Source of the DNA: the human T2T-CHM13v2.0 reference genome, Homo sapiens
Assembly (NCBI RefSeq): GCF_009914755.1
Contig: NC_060925.1
DNA: 64,000 nucleotides
Reading direction: 5' to 3' (one strand)
Positions 1-24,334 of this stretch are shown here, piece by piece. The number at the start of each line of letters is the position of its first letter. The first letter of the stretch is position 1. The notes under the pieces are model-generated. The model made no database searches, was not told the DNA's origin, and saw nothing but the letters and a program-made list of their open reading frames with translations. Position numbers and translations under genes: made by a program.

Positions 1-4444
<4,444 letters not shown>

Positions 4445-4469
4445 GACTTGGAAAAGAAATAAGACAGGA

Positions 4470-4600
4470 AAAAAAGAAGAAACACATTTCCTCTATAAAG
4501 ACATGTATAGATTGAAAATAAAGGGATGGAAAAAGATATTCCATGCAAACAGAAAACAAAAAAGAGCGGAAGTAGCCATATTTATAGAAGACAAAATTGA
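4470..4600 (+). mobile_element. Old L1 (L1M/L1PB-type) endonuclease-region fragment
   Basis: Translates as YRLKIKGWKKIFHANRKQKRAEVAIFIEDKID, a diverged ORF2p EN segment; ends abruptly at the THE1 LTR. Confidence 0.8.
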
Positions 4601-6861
4601 TGTATTAGTTCGTTTTCATGCTTCTAATAAAGACATATGTGAGACTGGGAAATTTATAAAGGAAAGAGGTTTAATAGACTCAGTTCCACATGGCTGGGAA
4701 GACCTCACAATTATGGTGGAACGAAAAGGAAAAGCAAAGGTACATCTTACATGGTGGCAAGCAAGAGAGAAGCGTAGGGGAACACTCATTTATAAAACCA
4801 TCAGATCTCCTGAGACTTATTCATTACCATGAGAACAGTATGGGGGAAACTGCCCATGTGATTCAATTATCTCCACCTGGCCCCACCCTTGACACATGGG
4901 GATTATTACAATTCAAAGTGAGATTTGGGTAGGGACATGGAGCCAAACCATATTATTGCATCCTTGGCCCCTCCAAAATCTCATGTACTCACATTTCAAA
5001 GCCAATTATGCCTTCCCAACAGTCTCCCAAAGTTTTAACTCATTTCAGTATGAACTCAAAAGTCCAAGTCCAAAGTCTCATCTGAAACAAGGCAAGTTCC
5101 TTATACCTAGGAGCCCATGAAATCAAAGCAAGTTAGTTATTTCCTAGATACAATGGGGATACAAGCATTAGCTAAATTGGAGAAATTGGCCAATTTCAAA
5201 GTGGAGAAATTGGCCAAAATAAAGGAGCTACAGGCCCCATGCAAGTCCAAAATCCAGCAGGGTATTCAAATCTTAAAGCTCTGAAATGATTTCCTTTAAC
5301 TCCATGTCTCACATCCATGTCACACTGACATAAGAGGTGGGTTCCCATGGTCTTGGGCAGCTCCGCCCCTGTGGCTCTGCAGAGTACAGACACTCCTGGC
5401 TTCTTTCACAGGCTGGTGTTGAGTGTCTGCAGGTTTTCCAGGTGCATGGTGCAAGCTGTCAGTGGTTCTACCATTCCGGAGTCTGAAGGATGGTGGCCCT
5501 CTTCTCATAGCTCCATCATTAGGCAGTGCCCCAGTGGGGATTCTGTGTGGGGCTCTGACCCCACATTTCACTTCCACACTGACCTAGAAGAGGTTCTCCG
5601 TGAGAGCTCTGCCCCTGCAGCAAACCTCTGCCTAGACATCCAGGCATTTCCATACATCCTCTGAAATCGAGGCAGAGCTTCCCAAACCTCAATTCTCAAC
5701 TTCTGTGCACTGGCAGGCCCAAGACCACATGTAAGCCACCAAGGCTTGGGGCTTGTACTCTCTGAATCAATGGCCTAAGCTGTACCTTGGCCCCTTTTAG
5801 CCATGGCAGGGATGCAGGGCACCAAGTCCCAAGACTGCACAAAGCCACAAAGCACTGGGCCTAGCCCACAAAACCATTTTTTTTTCCTGGGCCTCCTGAC
5901 TTGGGATAAGAGGGGCTGCTGTGAAGACCTTGGACATGCCCTGGAAACATTTTCCCCATTGTCTTGATGATTAGCATTTGGATCCTCATTACTTATGCAA
6001 ATTTCTGCAGCCAGCTTGAATTTCTCCTCAGAAAATGGGTTTTTCTTTTATATTGCATAATCACGCTGCAAATTTTCTGAACTTTTCTGCTCTGCTTCCC
6101 TTTTAAATATAAGTTTCAATTCCAAACCATATCTTTGTGAATACATAAAACTGAATGGTATTAAGAGCACTTTTGACCAGTTCCCAAGAAGTTCCTTATC
6201 TTCATCTGAGACCACCTCAGCCTGGACTTCATGGTCCATATCACTGTCAGCATCTTGGTCAAAGCCATTCAACAAGTCTCTAGGCAGTTCGAAACTTGCT
6301 CACATCTTCCTGTCTTCTGAGCCCTTCGAGTCTCTGGGAAGTTCCAAACTTTCCCACACTTTTCTTTCTTCTTCTGAGCCCTTCAAACTGTTCCAACATC
6401 TGTCTGTTACCCAGTTCCAAAGGTTGTTTCCATATTTTTGGGTATCCTTATAGCAGCACTCCACTCTTCTGTGGTACCAATTTACTGTATTAGTCCATTC
6501 TCACACAGCTAATAAAGGCATACATGAGACTGGGTAATTTATAAAGGAAAGAGGTTTAATTGACTCACAGTTCCACATGGCTGGAGAAGTCTCACCATGA
6601 CTTACAATCATGGTAGAAGGGGAAGCAAACATGTTCTTTACACATGGTGGCAGGAGAGGGAAGTGCTGAGTGAAGGGGGAAGAAAGCCCCTTTAAAACCA
6701 ACAGATCTCATGAAAACCCATTCACTATCACAAAAACAGCATGAGGGTAACCACCCCCATGGTTCAATTACCTCTCACCAGGTCCCTCCCATGACACATG
6801 GAGATTATGGGAACTACTATTCAAGGTGAGATTTGGGTGGGGACACAGCCAAACCATATCA
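4601..6861 (-). mobile_element. THE1 (ERVL-MaLR) provirus: LTR 4601-4955, internal 4956-6485, LTR 6486-6861
   Basis: Both LTRs read TGTATTAGT...GCCAAACCATAT(T/C)A on +, the reverse complement of THE1 LTR ends, around a ~1.5 kb THE1-int-type internal region. Confidence 0.93.
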
Positions 6862-7643
6862 GAGGTGAACAAAATAATGCCTTTTGTAGCCATTTGCACA
6901 CGTGTGTGTATATGAAGATTTCAGAGGGTAAGAAACATCACAAAGAATAATAAAACAAGCTGTGAAGATGGAATATTAGGAGTAAGTGGGGAATGCTAAA
7001 AAATAAAAAATAGTCATGGAAGCCCTCCTTAATAAGATGAGATTTTCACAGAGATGTAGATGAAGTGAGAGAATGAAACACCTCAACATCTTGAAGTAGA
7101 GCCTGTTGGCAAAGGTCAATAAGTACGGAAGCCCTAAAGCAGGAGTGTTTTTGGCCTTTTGAGAAACAGCAAGGAGGCCATAAATGATGGGAAGAATCGT
7201 AAGGAATGAGGTCAAAGAGGTAAGAAGGAGTCAGATGTTGCAGGATCACAGCGATTATTGAAGGGACTTTGGTTTTGCTTTTAGTAAGGTGAGAAGTAAT
7301 TCAAGAATTTTCAGCAGAAAAGTGAAATGTATTATTTGCATTTTAAAAGGATAACTCTAGTGAAGTAGGAAATCAGGAAATTGGAAGCTATTACAACACA
7401 TCCCTACAAGGGAAGAGATGATGGTTGCTAGGAGAAGGGATTACTGTGGATAGCTACCATGTGGACAGATTCAGGATATATTTGGATAGTACAGTCAACA
7501 GGATTTGCTGAACGTGGATGTATTTGGACAATAGAGTAAATTGGACTTGCTGATGTATGGATTGTGATATGAGAGGAAGGAAAAGGTCAAGGATGATTCC
7601 AAGGTTGTTTAATCTGAACAATGTGGTAAATACTAATGCTTTT
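6862..7643 (-). mobile_element. L2 fragment (resumes at ~11882-12100 after the ERV insertion)
   Basis: Purine-rich degenerate L2 antisense motifs (gagaaacagcaaggaggcca, gattccaaggtt) continuing at 11882+ (tcagaggaggggtcaaggctgg). Confidence 0.65.
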
Positions 7644-7822
7644 TGACACAAGAATAATACAGAGTGGTCGCAGAAGAATAGAGAATTCCAGGCAGGAATT
7701 TTGCATAACTAGCAAAAGGAAACTTTTGAAAGAGCTACATAAGCTAGGGTCTGAAAAACAGGATGTGTGCCAACCTAAGACTGACTGAACCCAGATTGGG
7801 TCCAATCTGGTGCTAAATTTGA

Positions 7823-8299
<477 letters not shown>

Positions 8300-9329
8300 T
8301 AAAGAAACCTATAAGAATAGAAGCCTCAAATTTCATTGGATGTGAATTTCTCCCCAGGACACTCTCACTTCCCTTTCTTGTGTACTTTTTGCTTTGGAAT
8401 AAATCTCTGTACTTTCACTATTTTCCAACTCTTCCTTGAATTCCTTCTTGCAATCGTGTCAAGATCCTGGACACCAGCAGGAGTCAAAGTCCTATGGGCA
8501 TTTGGGGAGCTCCCCTAGCCCACTAGTATCACCTTTATGGTCATCCAGCCAAGAGACTTGTCATCCCCATTTTAGGACTAGCAGCAGTTGTTATGTCTCA
8601 CTTTGACCTCAGTCAAAGTCTTCTCATTCCCTGAAGTTATTGCTAATTTCTTCCTTGTTCCTCAGAGCTGACTACAGCTTGAATCCCCTCAGTCATAGTG
8701 CCTCTGCTCTCTCTGACTAGAGAGCAAACCTTGTTTGCCCTGATGAGTGACAAATGGAGGTGGAAAGGTTTCAACCTACACCAAGTAGTTCTGAGATGCC
8801 ACAGTCTTTCCTGACAGGAGGCTAATGAAGGCAGTAGGCTAAAGTCTCATACTATGCAGTGCTTGGCTAGCCTCCTAGGAGCACTATAACTTTTCCCAGG
8901 AAGAGTCTTCCATTTTCTCAAGGAACCAGTTGTGGCAAGACACTGACCCCAGTTGGGAACTATTTTCTCTTTCCCATCTTTCTTTAAACCTTGCTTTTGC
9001 AATTTTTCTCTTCTGTGCTTCTTCCTCATACTTCACACAAAAGCTCAGTATACTTTTTGGACACAGCAAGATAGGCCTCTTAGATATTGCCCTCTGGAAT
9101 GCCAAATCCAGGCCTATGGTTCTTAAGATGTCCTTTCGAGGTCCTTCTTTATTGGCCATGCTGAATCATCTCTATTCCCAAGTTTTACTTGATAATAAAT
9201 GTTCAGATAGATATTGCATGCTCACTGCTTTCAAATTAGACCTGCAGCTCATCCTACTTGACCTCAAAAGCCCTCCCATTTTCAAAGCCTCGGGGGCTGT
9301 GAACACCTGAGCAATGCTAGGGCTCCAGG

Positions 9330-10250
9330 GAAACACCTGGATGCCAAACACATGCTCAGCCAGTGATCATCTCTTTAAAAGACAAAAATAATTTCCCATA
9401 CAAGTGTCAGTATCCCCTCAAACCAGAAGCCAGGCAAGGACTCCAATCTCTAATTGAGAAGTTTTTGAAACATGGCCTCATGGTTCCATGTCAGTCTCCT
9501 TGTAATACTCCTATCTTCTCTGTTCAAAAACTAAATGAAGAATTTCATCTAGTTCAAGACTTATGAGCCATTAATGAGGCTGTAATTCCCTCACATCCTA
9601 TGGTGCTAACCCTTATACCATACCTATCCAAATACTGAGAGACACCAATTGGTTTACTCTATTAGATCTTAAGAATGCTTTCTTTTGTATTCCTTTGCAC
9701 CCTGACTCTCAGTATTTGCTTTTTGAGAGGACTAATCCTGAAACTAATATTACCCAGAAGTACACCTGGATGGTACTGCCTCAGAGCTTTAGGAATAGCC
9801 CTTACTAGTTTGAAAATGACTTGGCATGAGTATTAAGGGACCTAGAGCTAGAAAATTGAGCCATATTCCAATACGGGGATGACATCCTTGTATGCAGTCC
9901 ACTAAAGAGGACTCAGATAAGAATCCCATTCAAGTCCTAAACTTCCTGGGAGAAAGGGGGTATCAGGTTTCTCCATCCAAGGCCCAGATTTCCAAACTGG
10001 AAGTAAAATATCTGGGGTACATCCCAAGCCTAGGAAACCAGATCTTGTCTGTTGAGTGAAAGGAGGCTGTCTTAAAGGGGGGAACTCCACAAATGAAGAA
10101 GCAACTCTGAACTTTTCTAGGTATGGCAGGATTATACAGGATTTGGATCCCAGGTTTTGGGCTCATTACTAAGCCATTGTACGAGGCCCTAACAAGACCA
10201 GACCATGAACCACTCAAATAGTCAGGGAAATAACAAGAAGCTTTATCTTC
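9330..10250 (+). pseudogene. ERV1 pol (reverse transcriptase) remnant
   Basis: QYPLKPEARQG...PCQSPCNTPIFSVQK...LVQDL, LDLKNAFF and QYGDDIL (degenerate YXDD at ~9872); multiple stops. Confidence 0.9.
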
Positions 10251-10254
10251 TAGC

Positions 10255-10687
10255 TGAAGAAAGAGGGGTTTGCACAGAAATAAACCACACCTGATGTTCT
10301 TATATTAACATTTCAGGATTAATTGAACTGCAAGTTTGAAAGATTTACCAACAGGCTACCTGGCTACATAATTTCAATAACCCCACCACTCAAACCATCT
10401 GAGACTCTGTCAAAGGATACCTACCAAGTGTGATCTGGTTCCTACATTTCCTGGGACATTTAATAGCTACCTTATTACTACTAATCTTTGGTCCTTGCTT
10501 GTTTAGCCTCCTTGTAAAGTTTGTGTCTTCTAGGTTGCAACAGTTCCATGTCAAAATTTTGGTCATGCAAGGATTTCAACCAATCCCTGCCTCAGATTCA
10601 GACTCTCCTGATGAATCACCCTTGGGACCCTTAGACCAGGCAGCTGGAGACTCCCATTCCCTTTCCAGGCAGGGCCAACACCCCTAA
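10255..10687 (+). pseudogene. ERV1 env transmembrane-subunit C-terminal remnant
   Basis: WFLHFLGHLIATLLLLIFGPCLFSLLVKFVSSRLQQF, the typical gammaretroviral TM anchor/cytoplasmic tail; SU domain absent. Confidence 0.88.
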
Positions 10688-10751
10688 TCAGCAGGAAGTA
10701 GAAATAGAAGACTAACCTCCTCCCTCATCAACACTTAAGAATAAGGAATGG

Positions 10752-11110
10752 TGTTTTAGTCCATCCTCACACTGCTATAAAGATACTACTGGAGACTGGG
10801 TAATTTATAAAGAAAGGACGTTTAACTGACTCACAGTTCTGCATGACTGGTGAGGCCTCAGGAAACTTACAATCATGGCAGAAGGTGAAGGCGAAACAAG
10901 GCATGTCTTACATGGTGGCAGGCAAGAGAGACAGAGGCAGGGAAGTGCCAAATACTTGTAAAACCATCAGATCTCATGAGAACTCCCCCCAATATCACAA
11001 GAACAGCATGGGAGAAACTGCCCCCATGATCCACCAGGTCTCTCCTTTAACACACGGGGATTATAATTTGAGATGAGACTTGGGTGGGGACCCAGAGCCA
11101 AACTATATCA
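10752..11110 (-). mobile_element. MST-type (MaLR) solo LTR inserted in the ERV1 internal region
   Basis: TGTTTTAGTCC...GCCAAACTATATCA termini; 5-bp TSD aatgg/gatgg. Confidence 0.88.
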
Positions 11111-11504
11111 GATGGAAATCTCTGAGAGGGGAAAATGAGACAAGAATAATACAAGGTGGCTGCAGAACAATAGAATAATCCAAGCAGGAGTTTCACATGA
11201 CTAGCTAAAGGAAGATGTCAAAATAGCTGTATATGCTAGGGGTTAAGACCCTGAAAAACCATAGTGTTGGCCAAGCTGGGTAAGACTGACTAGACTCAAC
11301 ATAGTGCTAGATTTGATCTAGGTTTTACCTAGGACCTCATTATACACTCATTAACATACTAAATCACACATCCACCAAGGCCATGACACTTCCAGGAACA
11401 CCCATATCTGGTGTAAAAATGTGTGGGACCATAGTGCTGAGAAATCTTCACTTTTTTCCAGGAATTTTCATGAATATTCCACCCATTGGTTAAAGAAAGC
11501 CATA

Positions 11505-11660
11505 GGCCAGTTGCAATGGCTCATGCCAGTAATCCCAGCACTTTGGGAGGCTGCAGCAGGCAGATCACTTGAGATCAGGAGTTCAAGACCAGCCTGGGTG
11601 ACATGGTGAAACCTTGTCTCTAATTTTTTTAAAAAAAGAAGAAAATAAAGGAAAAAAAAA
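11505..11660 (+). mobile_element. Alu left monomer (FLAM-like) in the ERV1 3' LTR
   Basis: Monomer with A-rich tail; TSD aaagaaagccata/aaagaaacccata. Confidence 0.85.
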
Positions 11661-12344
11661 AGAAACCCATAAAGGTGGAGGCCCCAAACCCTGTCAGGTG
11701 TGACTCTCTTGAATACACATGCACCCCCCCCTTTCTTGAGTGTGTACTTTTCGCTTTCAGTAAATCTGCATTCTTTCACTATTTTCCAACTTGTTCTTGA
11801 ATTCTTTCTTGCAACAGTGTCAAGAGCCTGAACACCAGCCAGGGTCAAGGTCCCACCAGCATTTGGGAACCTCCCCTAGCCTGAGAGGAAAACTCAAAAT
11901 TTAGTTTTGTATTTGTTAAATTTGACAGGTCTTTTAGCCATCTAAAGGAAAATGATAGCAATGAGATTTTTGAGTCTAAAGCTCAGAGGAGGGGTCAAGG
12001 CTGGTAATATAAATTCTGGAGTTGCTAGCATAAAAATGGTATTTAATACCACTGTACTAGATAAAATCATCTAGAAAATGAATATAGAGCAAAGACAAGC
12101 TACAGAGTGAAATCAGTTTCCCTGGAAGCAGAGCTTGAGACAAGGATTAGAGGCACTTGATTTATTGAGAAGTCTCTCCTCAAGAAAAACTTGTAAGGCC
12201 ACGAGGGAAACAAAATGAAAAAGGGGGAAAATCTGAGTAACAATATGGTCTCAGATAAAATATGGCCTTCTCCTAATCCTTGGTTGGGGCATGGGTGGCT
12301 TAGAGCCTCTGGGAGCTAAGTTGACCCACCCTGAGGCAAGGAAG

Positions 12345-12640
12345 ATGGGAGGCTAAGAAATACAAGATCAAGGTGCAAACCAATTCAGTGCCTGATGAGG
12401 GCCCTTTTCCTGGCTTGCAGATAGCTGCCTTCTTTCATGTCTTTACATGGCAGAGAGAGAAAGATCTGGTCTTTCTTCCTCTCTTTATAAAGATACTAAT
12501 CTCATCATGGGGGCCTCACTCTCATGATCTTATCTAAACCTAATTATTTCCCAAAGGCCTCACCTCCAAATAGCATCACAATGGAGGTTAGGGTTTCAAT
12601 ATATAAATTTGGAGTGGGGGGACACATCAGTACATAGCAT
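12345..12640 (-). mobile_element. MLT1A/MST-type MaLR LTR fragment
   Basis: caagatcaaggtgc...cctaattatttcccaaaggcctcacctccaaat motifs typical of MaLR LTRs. Confidence 0.65.
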
Positions 12641-12812
12641 GCTTCATTGTCTCATTATACTTTACTTACAAAACACAAATTTAGATATAAAATTATTAAG
12701 TGTGCAACTACAGTGTTGAATGCCAGTGAAGTTGATCCTGCTAATGGGAATGATCCAGCAGACTGGGAAAACCACAAGTAAAAAACACAGAGAGAGAACA
12801 ATTCAGAAGTAA

Positions 12813-13155
<343 letters not shown>

Positions 13156-13159
13156 GAGG

Positions 13160-14990
13160 ATGGGATTCTATGCAGAAGTAGAAGGGTTGACCTTAAATAG
13201 GAGCATTAATGGTTTATTTCATGTAATAGGAGAGGAAGCAGAGTGTATCTGTACATGTGCTGGTAAATTGTTTGATGTGGTTATGAGAGCAGGAGATAGT
13301 CCTCTTCTTATTGCTTCTGTTTACTCATTGGTATTAGAACATTATTATCTAAAAAGGAAAGGAATGGGAAAAACGAGAGAAGGGAGAGAAAAATATGTAG
13401 GTAGGTTTGAAAAGAGAAAAAGTATGTAATATTCATCTAGGAATGTTTATGAAGCAGGTAAATATAGTAAGATTTCTAGAACCCTCATGAGGGTTGGTCA
13501 ATTTGAAATGAGACCAGTCAGTCTTTAGCCACATCTCCCCTGGGAACAGATGCAGAGTAGTCAACAAGTTAGATGTAAGTGTGATGGAATTCTGCCAGCT
13601 GAGAATAGTGAAGGAAAAAGGGGCAAGACTGTTGAAGGTATATGCAAAGGAATGATTATAGTAATGAAACATGAAATCTAAATCATTCAAGGAGCAGAAG
13701 TGAGGACATGAAGGGGTAAATAGAGTAAAGATAGTAGGGCAATGGATTGGAGATCCTAGTGGCCTCAAAGAATTGCTGAGGTTGGGGTATCAAAGACTGA
13801 ATTGGAAAGATAATTACAGTGAAATGATCAAATGGAGGCTGGACAGTTAGTCAGGAATTCTAGAGTTCTGGCTGTGCCATGTGAATTCATTCAGTTCTAG
13901 GGAAGTTTGGTGCCATCTGATAGCAGTTTTCAGTATTGGCCTAAATATTGGGTTATATTCTGGCCTCTGGCTTGCTTAGACTTTCAGAAAGCAGAAATTA
14001 TCCAGGAATTTCCCATTTACCTTGGCACCCATTTCAGCAGCCCCGGTTAGGATTTGGGGGAACAAACCCACTGCCTCCTAGTTTTTCAAAGAGTTATCTG
14101 CTGTTTGTTCACCTGGCCTTACTTTATTGTCTCTATCCCCTACCCCATAGAAGATAGCTCATATACATTTGCGAATGGGTACTGAGTAAAAGACCAGAGG
14201 CAACAGTCAATTAGATAATCTCTAGATTCAAGTTACTGAAGCGTTTCTTATCGCAAGGCAGTATTGTATTTTAAGTCACAAGCCTGATAAAAATGGTACG
14301 GAAGAGTTCTGAGAACTGCATACTGGAGCCCACCAATGTTTACAGGTTCAGGAGATAAGGAGAAACTAGCAAAGGAAAAAGACATAGAGACCAGTGAGGT
14401 AGGAGAAAATCTAAGGAAGTGGGATATCCTGAAAACCAAGTGAAGAAAGTGACTCCAGAAGGAGGAAGTGATCAGCTATGTCAAATTGTGCTGCTAGGTC
14501 TAGTAAGATGAAGAATAAGAACTAACCATTGGTTTTAGCAAGATAAAAAGTAATTTTGATAGAGTTGTGGAGCAAAAGCCTGAATGGGGAGGGTTTAAGA
14601 GAGAATGGGAAGATGAGAACTGGAGGCATTAGGTCCATACAGTGTAAGTCTTGAGTTTTGCTGTGAAGAGCAATGAAATGGGATGATAGTTAGGAGAGGA
14701 AATGGAGTTGAGTTTTTTTAAAGATGAGAGTGATAATATCACATTTATAAACAGATGGAAATGACCAAGCAGAAAGGCAAACGTTGATGTAGAAGAGGAA
14801 AATAAGAATTACTAAAGTAATACCTTTGAGTAGGCAAGAAGGAATGGATTCTGTGAGACATATAAGTGGAAGATTTGGCCTTATGTCAGAAAAATGGACT
14901 GTTATCTACAAATAACGGCAGGTAAGCAGAGTATAAAGGTGTAGATCCTAGTAGGTAGAAAGAGGTGGTAATGAGAGTTTGTGCACATTC
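13160..14990 (-). mobile_element. Scattered old L2 fragments
   Basis: Degenerate L2 antisense motifs at ~13160-13800 and ~14270-14990 (gaaaaccaagtgaagaaagtg, ggaagtgatcagctatgtcaaat). Confidence 0.55.
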
Positions 14991-16325
14991 TATTCTGATT
15001 GCTTCAATTTTTCTTTTCTTTAGAATCTCCTGAGTTATACAACTTGTGGAAGGGAGCCATTGGTACATGTTAATTTCCATTTTTTTAATCAAGAATCTGT
15101 TTTCTTCCTAGCATTTATCACTATTTTTAAAAAACATGCCTATTTCTCCTTGTTGTTACATGTAAATCCTATTGGAATGGTAACTCTTGAGCAAGAATAC
15201 TGTGTTTTTTCACTGCTATGTCCCCGTTAGATTAAGATGTGGGACATAGGTACCTTACCTCATAAGGTAAGAAAATGTCACTCTAATATTAAAATAAATT
15301 AGATGTTACATAGAAAAACTGTAGAAATATTTACTAATAGAAACAATGCTCATTAAAATCTATGTAAATGTGTAATTGATAGAAATTGCACTGTCTTTAA
15401 AGTTGTATCAAGAAGTTTAATATACCTATCATGTCTCATTGGGAAACTACCAATTTAAATGAATACATGAAAAATATAGTATGGAAATTTTTATCATTCT
15501 AAGTCGTTCAAAATGGAAGGTTGTATAATAGCTTTTGTGGAGTTGGTTAAAAGCGAAGTTGGTTGGGACGCTCAGCATTTGACATATTACTTGGCATACA
15601 AGTGGAGCAAAACAACTATTTTCATTCCAAATAATTTGATGACAATATTTTTACCAAAAAGAATTGTTAACCAGTTTCTAGAAGAACTTCTGATTAATCA
15701 GACAGAACTATTACAAGGGTAAAAAAGGCAATTGATTAGACTACTAACTTTTTGGGATCAGCTCTTTTTTACACTTAATTTATGTCACCAAATTTAATTT
15801 CATGAGTGGATATAACCACCATCTCTGTGCAGATGATCATTAGAAATTACAGTAGCAGACATTCTGCCCACTGAAATTTATGATTGGCATTGGAATTTAC
15901 AAACTAGTTCCTGTTGACTTTGGCTAACAGAGATCAGTGCCCTAAAATCAGATGCTTCTAGGTAAATTTACAAAATCAGGTTTCTAAATCTGTAAAACTA
16001 AATATATCAGATAACGCCAAGTAGACTTTTATTTGTGAATGGTGTCTCCTGGAGCTGTTTAATGTGACATCCCAACTAGAAGATAAACTAACTCCTGGAG
16101 GTCCAATTATTACATAACAGTTACTTTACAAAATGACCACGTTTGACTTCTGATAGCCTAGGAATTTAGCATCTGTTAATGAGCTAGAACTGAAAGGCAG
16201 TTATCAACACTTTAAGGAGCATACATCCCCAATTCCTAGGACAATACTTAAGGAGGAAAACAAAAGACTTAGTAGTTTACTAAATTTGTAGGGAAACAAA
16301 TAAGGTATGTTGTCAGCAAATAAGA

Positions 16326-16520
16326 TTATGAATACTATTTAATATATAGTATTTATATATGTATATAAAAATATATGACTTATATATGTATATAAAATAT
16401 ATATTGTTTACATATAATTTATATATAAATAAAATAGTATTCATGATACTATGTATACTGTATGAATTAAATATATATTATTTATATATAAATTAAATAG
16501 TATTCATAACATATATATAA
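16326..16520. repeat. AT-rich low-complexity tract bounded by an 18-bp inverted repeat
   Basis: ttatgaatactatttaat (16326-16343) and attaaatagtattcataa (16492-16509). Confidence 0.85.
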
Positions 16521-17273
16521 ACCTGATACTGAAAGGAATTTCAAAGTTAATTTCCTGACATTAGAGAATGGGGAACACTACTGAGTGAAGCTGGGAAAGT
16601 CTTACACTAATAGGAAACTAGCCTTTTTTTTTTAATGGCAGCACAGCTGAAGGACACACTTAAATGTTACTCATATTCCACATTGGTATTTGCATCAGTC
16701 AGGATATGTTAGATTATACTGCAGTAACCAAGAACTCCAAATGTTGGTGGCTTTAGATAATACAAGTTTATTTCTTACTCAGGATAGAGTCAGATGAGGG
16801 TCCTGATTTACATATTCTCACTCCGGGACTTAGGCTAATAGCCACAAGGTGGAACACTGCTTATTGTTGTGGCATACGGGATATGGTGCACTTGTCTTAA
16901 AGGCCTCTGTCCAAAGGTGACATGTGTCACTTCTTACATTTCATTGGCCAAAGCAATTTACAAGTCACACGACCACACTCCTAAGGAGTAAGAAAGTACA
17001 ATTTTATCATATGTTCAAAGGAAGAGAACTAGAATATTTGTTAAAAGACTTTATGACTATCATGATAGGAAAAAGGAGATTCATAAAGGATAGGAATAGG
17101 AAGCATTACATTAAGACATAAATTGGAAGAGAAGTTGCTAGTGATTCAGTAACTAAAATTGAGAAAAGGTAAATAAATATTGAGGATTGGAGTCATCAAA
17201 TCAAGTACCAACAATACAGTCAGCCAAGAGGTGGGAAATATGTCGACTCTCTTAGACTCAGAAGGTGAACATC

Positions 17274-17562
17274 GGCCAGGTGCGGTGGCTCACGCCTGTA
17301 ATCCCAGCACTTTGGGAGGCCGAGGCGGGGAGACCACGAGGTCAGGAGATCGAGACCATCCTGGCTAACATGGTGAAACCCCGTCTCTACTAAAAATTGA
17401 AAGAAAAAAAAAATTAGCCAGGCGTGGTTGTGGATGCCTATAGTCCCAGCTACTCGGGAGGCTGAGGCAGCAGAATGGCTCAAACCTGGGAGATGGAGCT
17501 AGCAGTGAGCCGAGATCCAGACTGGGCAACAGAGCGAGACTCTGTCTCAGAAAAAAAAAAAA
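17274..17562 (+). mobile_element. AluY-like with a small right-arm deletion
   Basis: gagatcgagaccatcctggctaac diagnostic; TSD aaggtgaacat. Confidence 0.93.
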
Positions 17563-17786
17563 GGTGAACATGAGAGTCACGGAGTTTTGTGTTTTATGCG
17601 ATCAGGAGTGGGCCAGAGTTCTGAAAATGAGAGACGAAAAGGAAGTTAGGACTTTTTAGAGTGATGTAAATATTCTCTATTTTGACTGTGATGGTGTATG
17701 CATTTGTCAAAGCTCATCAAAATATGAGCCTTATTGAATATAAATTATATCTCAATAAAGTTGATTATTTAAAAAGTAGTTAAGGG

Positions 17787-17915
17787 AGCCAGACATGGTG
17801 GCTCACACCTATAGTCTCAGTACTTTGGGAGGCTGAGTAAGAGGACTGCTTGAGGTCAGGAGTTCAAGGCCAGCCTAGTCAATATAGCAACACTCTGTCT
17901 TCACAAAAATTGTTT
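17787..17915 (+). mobile_element. Alu monomer (FLAM)
   Basis: Single monomer; TSD aaagtagttaag. Confidence 0.85.
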
Positions 17916-18164
17916 TTTAAAGTAGTTAAGAGACTTAACATTTGTTGAAAATCTATTTTTGTGACAAAGGCCATGCTAGACATTTAAATATATTTCAATT
18001 AAAGCCCACAAGAATCTGACAAGTTCATAGGATGTAAGGCTCAGAAGAGTTCAGTAATTTGTTTAAGAACATATAATCAGAAGGTATAAGAATCAAGATA
18101 TCAATCCAAGTATTATTGACTTCTAAGCTTGTGCACAAAGTTAATGCAAGAAAATAGAAAAGTA

Positions 18165-18298
18165 GGCCAGGTGCAGTGGCTCAAACCTGTAATCCTAGCA
18201 CTTTGGGAAGCCGGGGCTGGTGGATCACTTGAACTTAGGAGTTCGAGACCAGCCTGAGCAACACGGCGAAACTGTCTCTACAAAAAATACAAAAATTA
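18165..18298 (+). mobile_element. Alu left arm plus central A-linker, right arm absent (interrupted by L1)
   Basis: Ends in the linker tacaaaaaatacaaaaatta immediately before the L1 5' end. Confidence 0.9.

Positions 18299-24334
<6,036 letters not shown>

Noticed and set aside
6290-6395. Short internal duplication (…tcttctgagccctt… twice) in THE1-int
   Set aside because: As I recall, a feature of some THE1 internal variants; no sign of local significance.
10255-10687. Domesticated (syncytin-like) env gene
   Set aside because: Only the TM C-terminus remains, with upstream stops and no SU domain or signal peptide.
15254-15271. Hairpin cttacct-cata-aggtaag forming back-to-back splice donors on opposite strands
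   Set aside because: A 7-bp stem is expected by chance in 64 kb, and no associated exon is visible.
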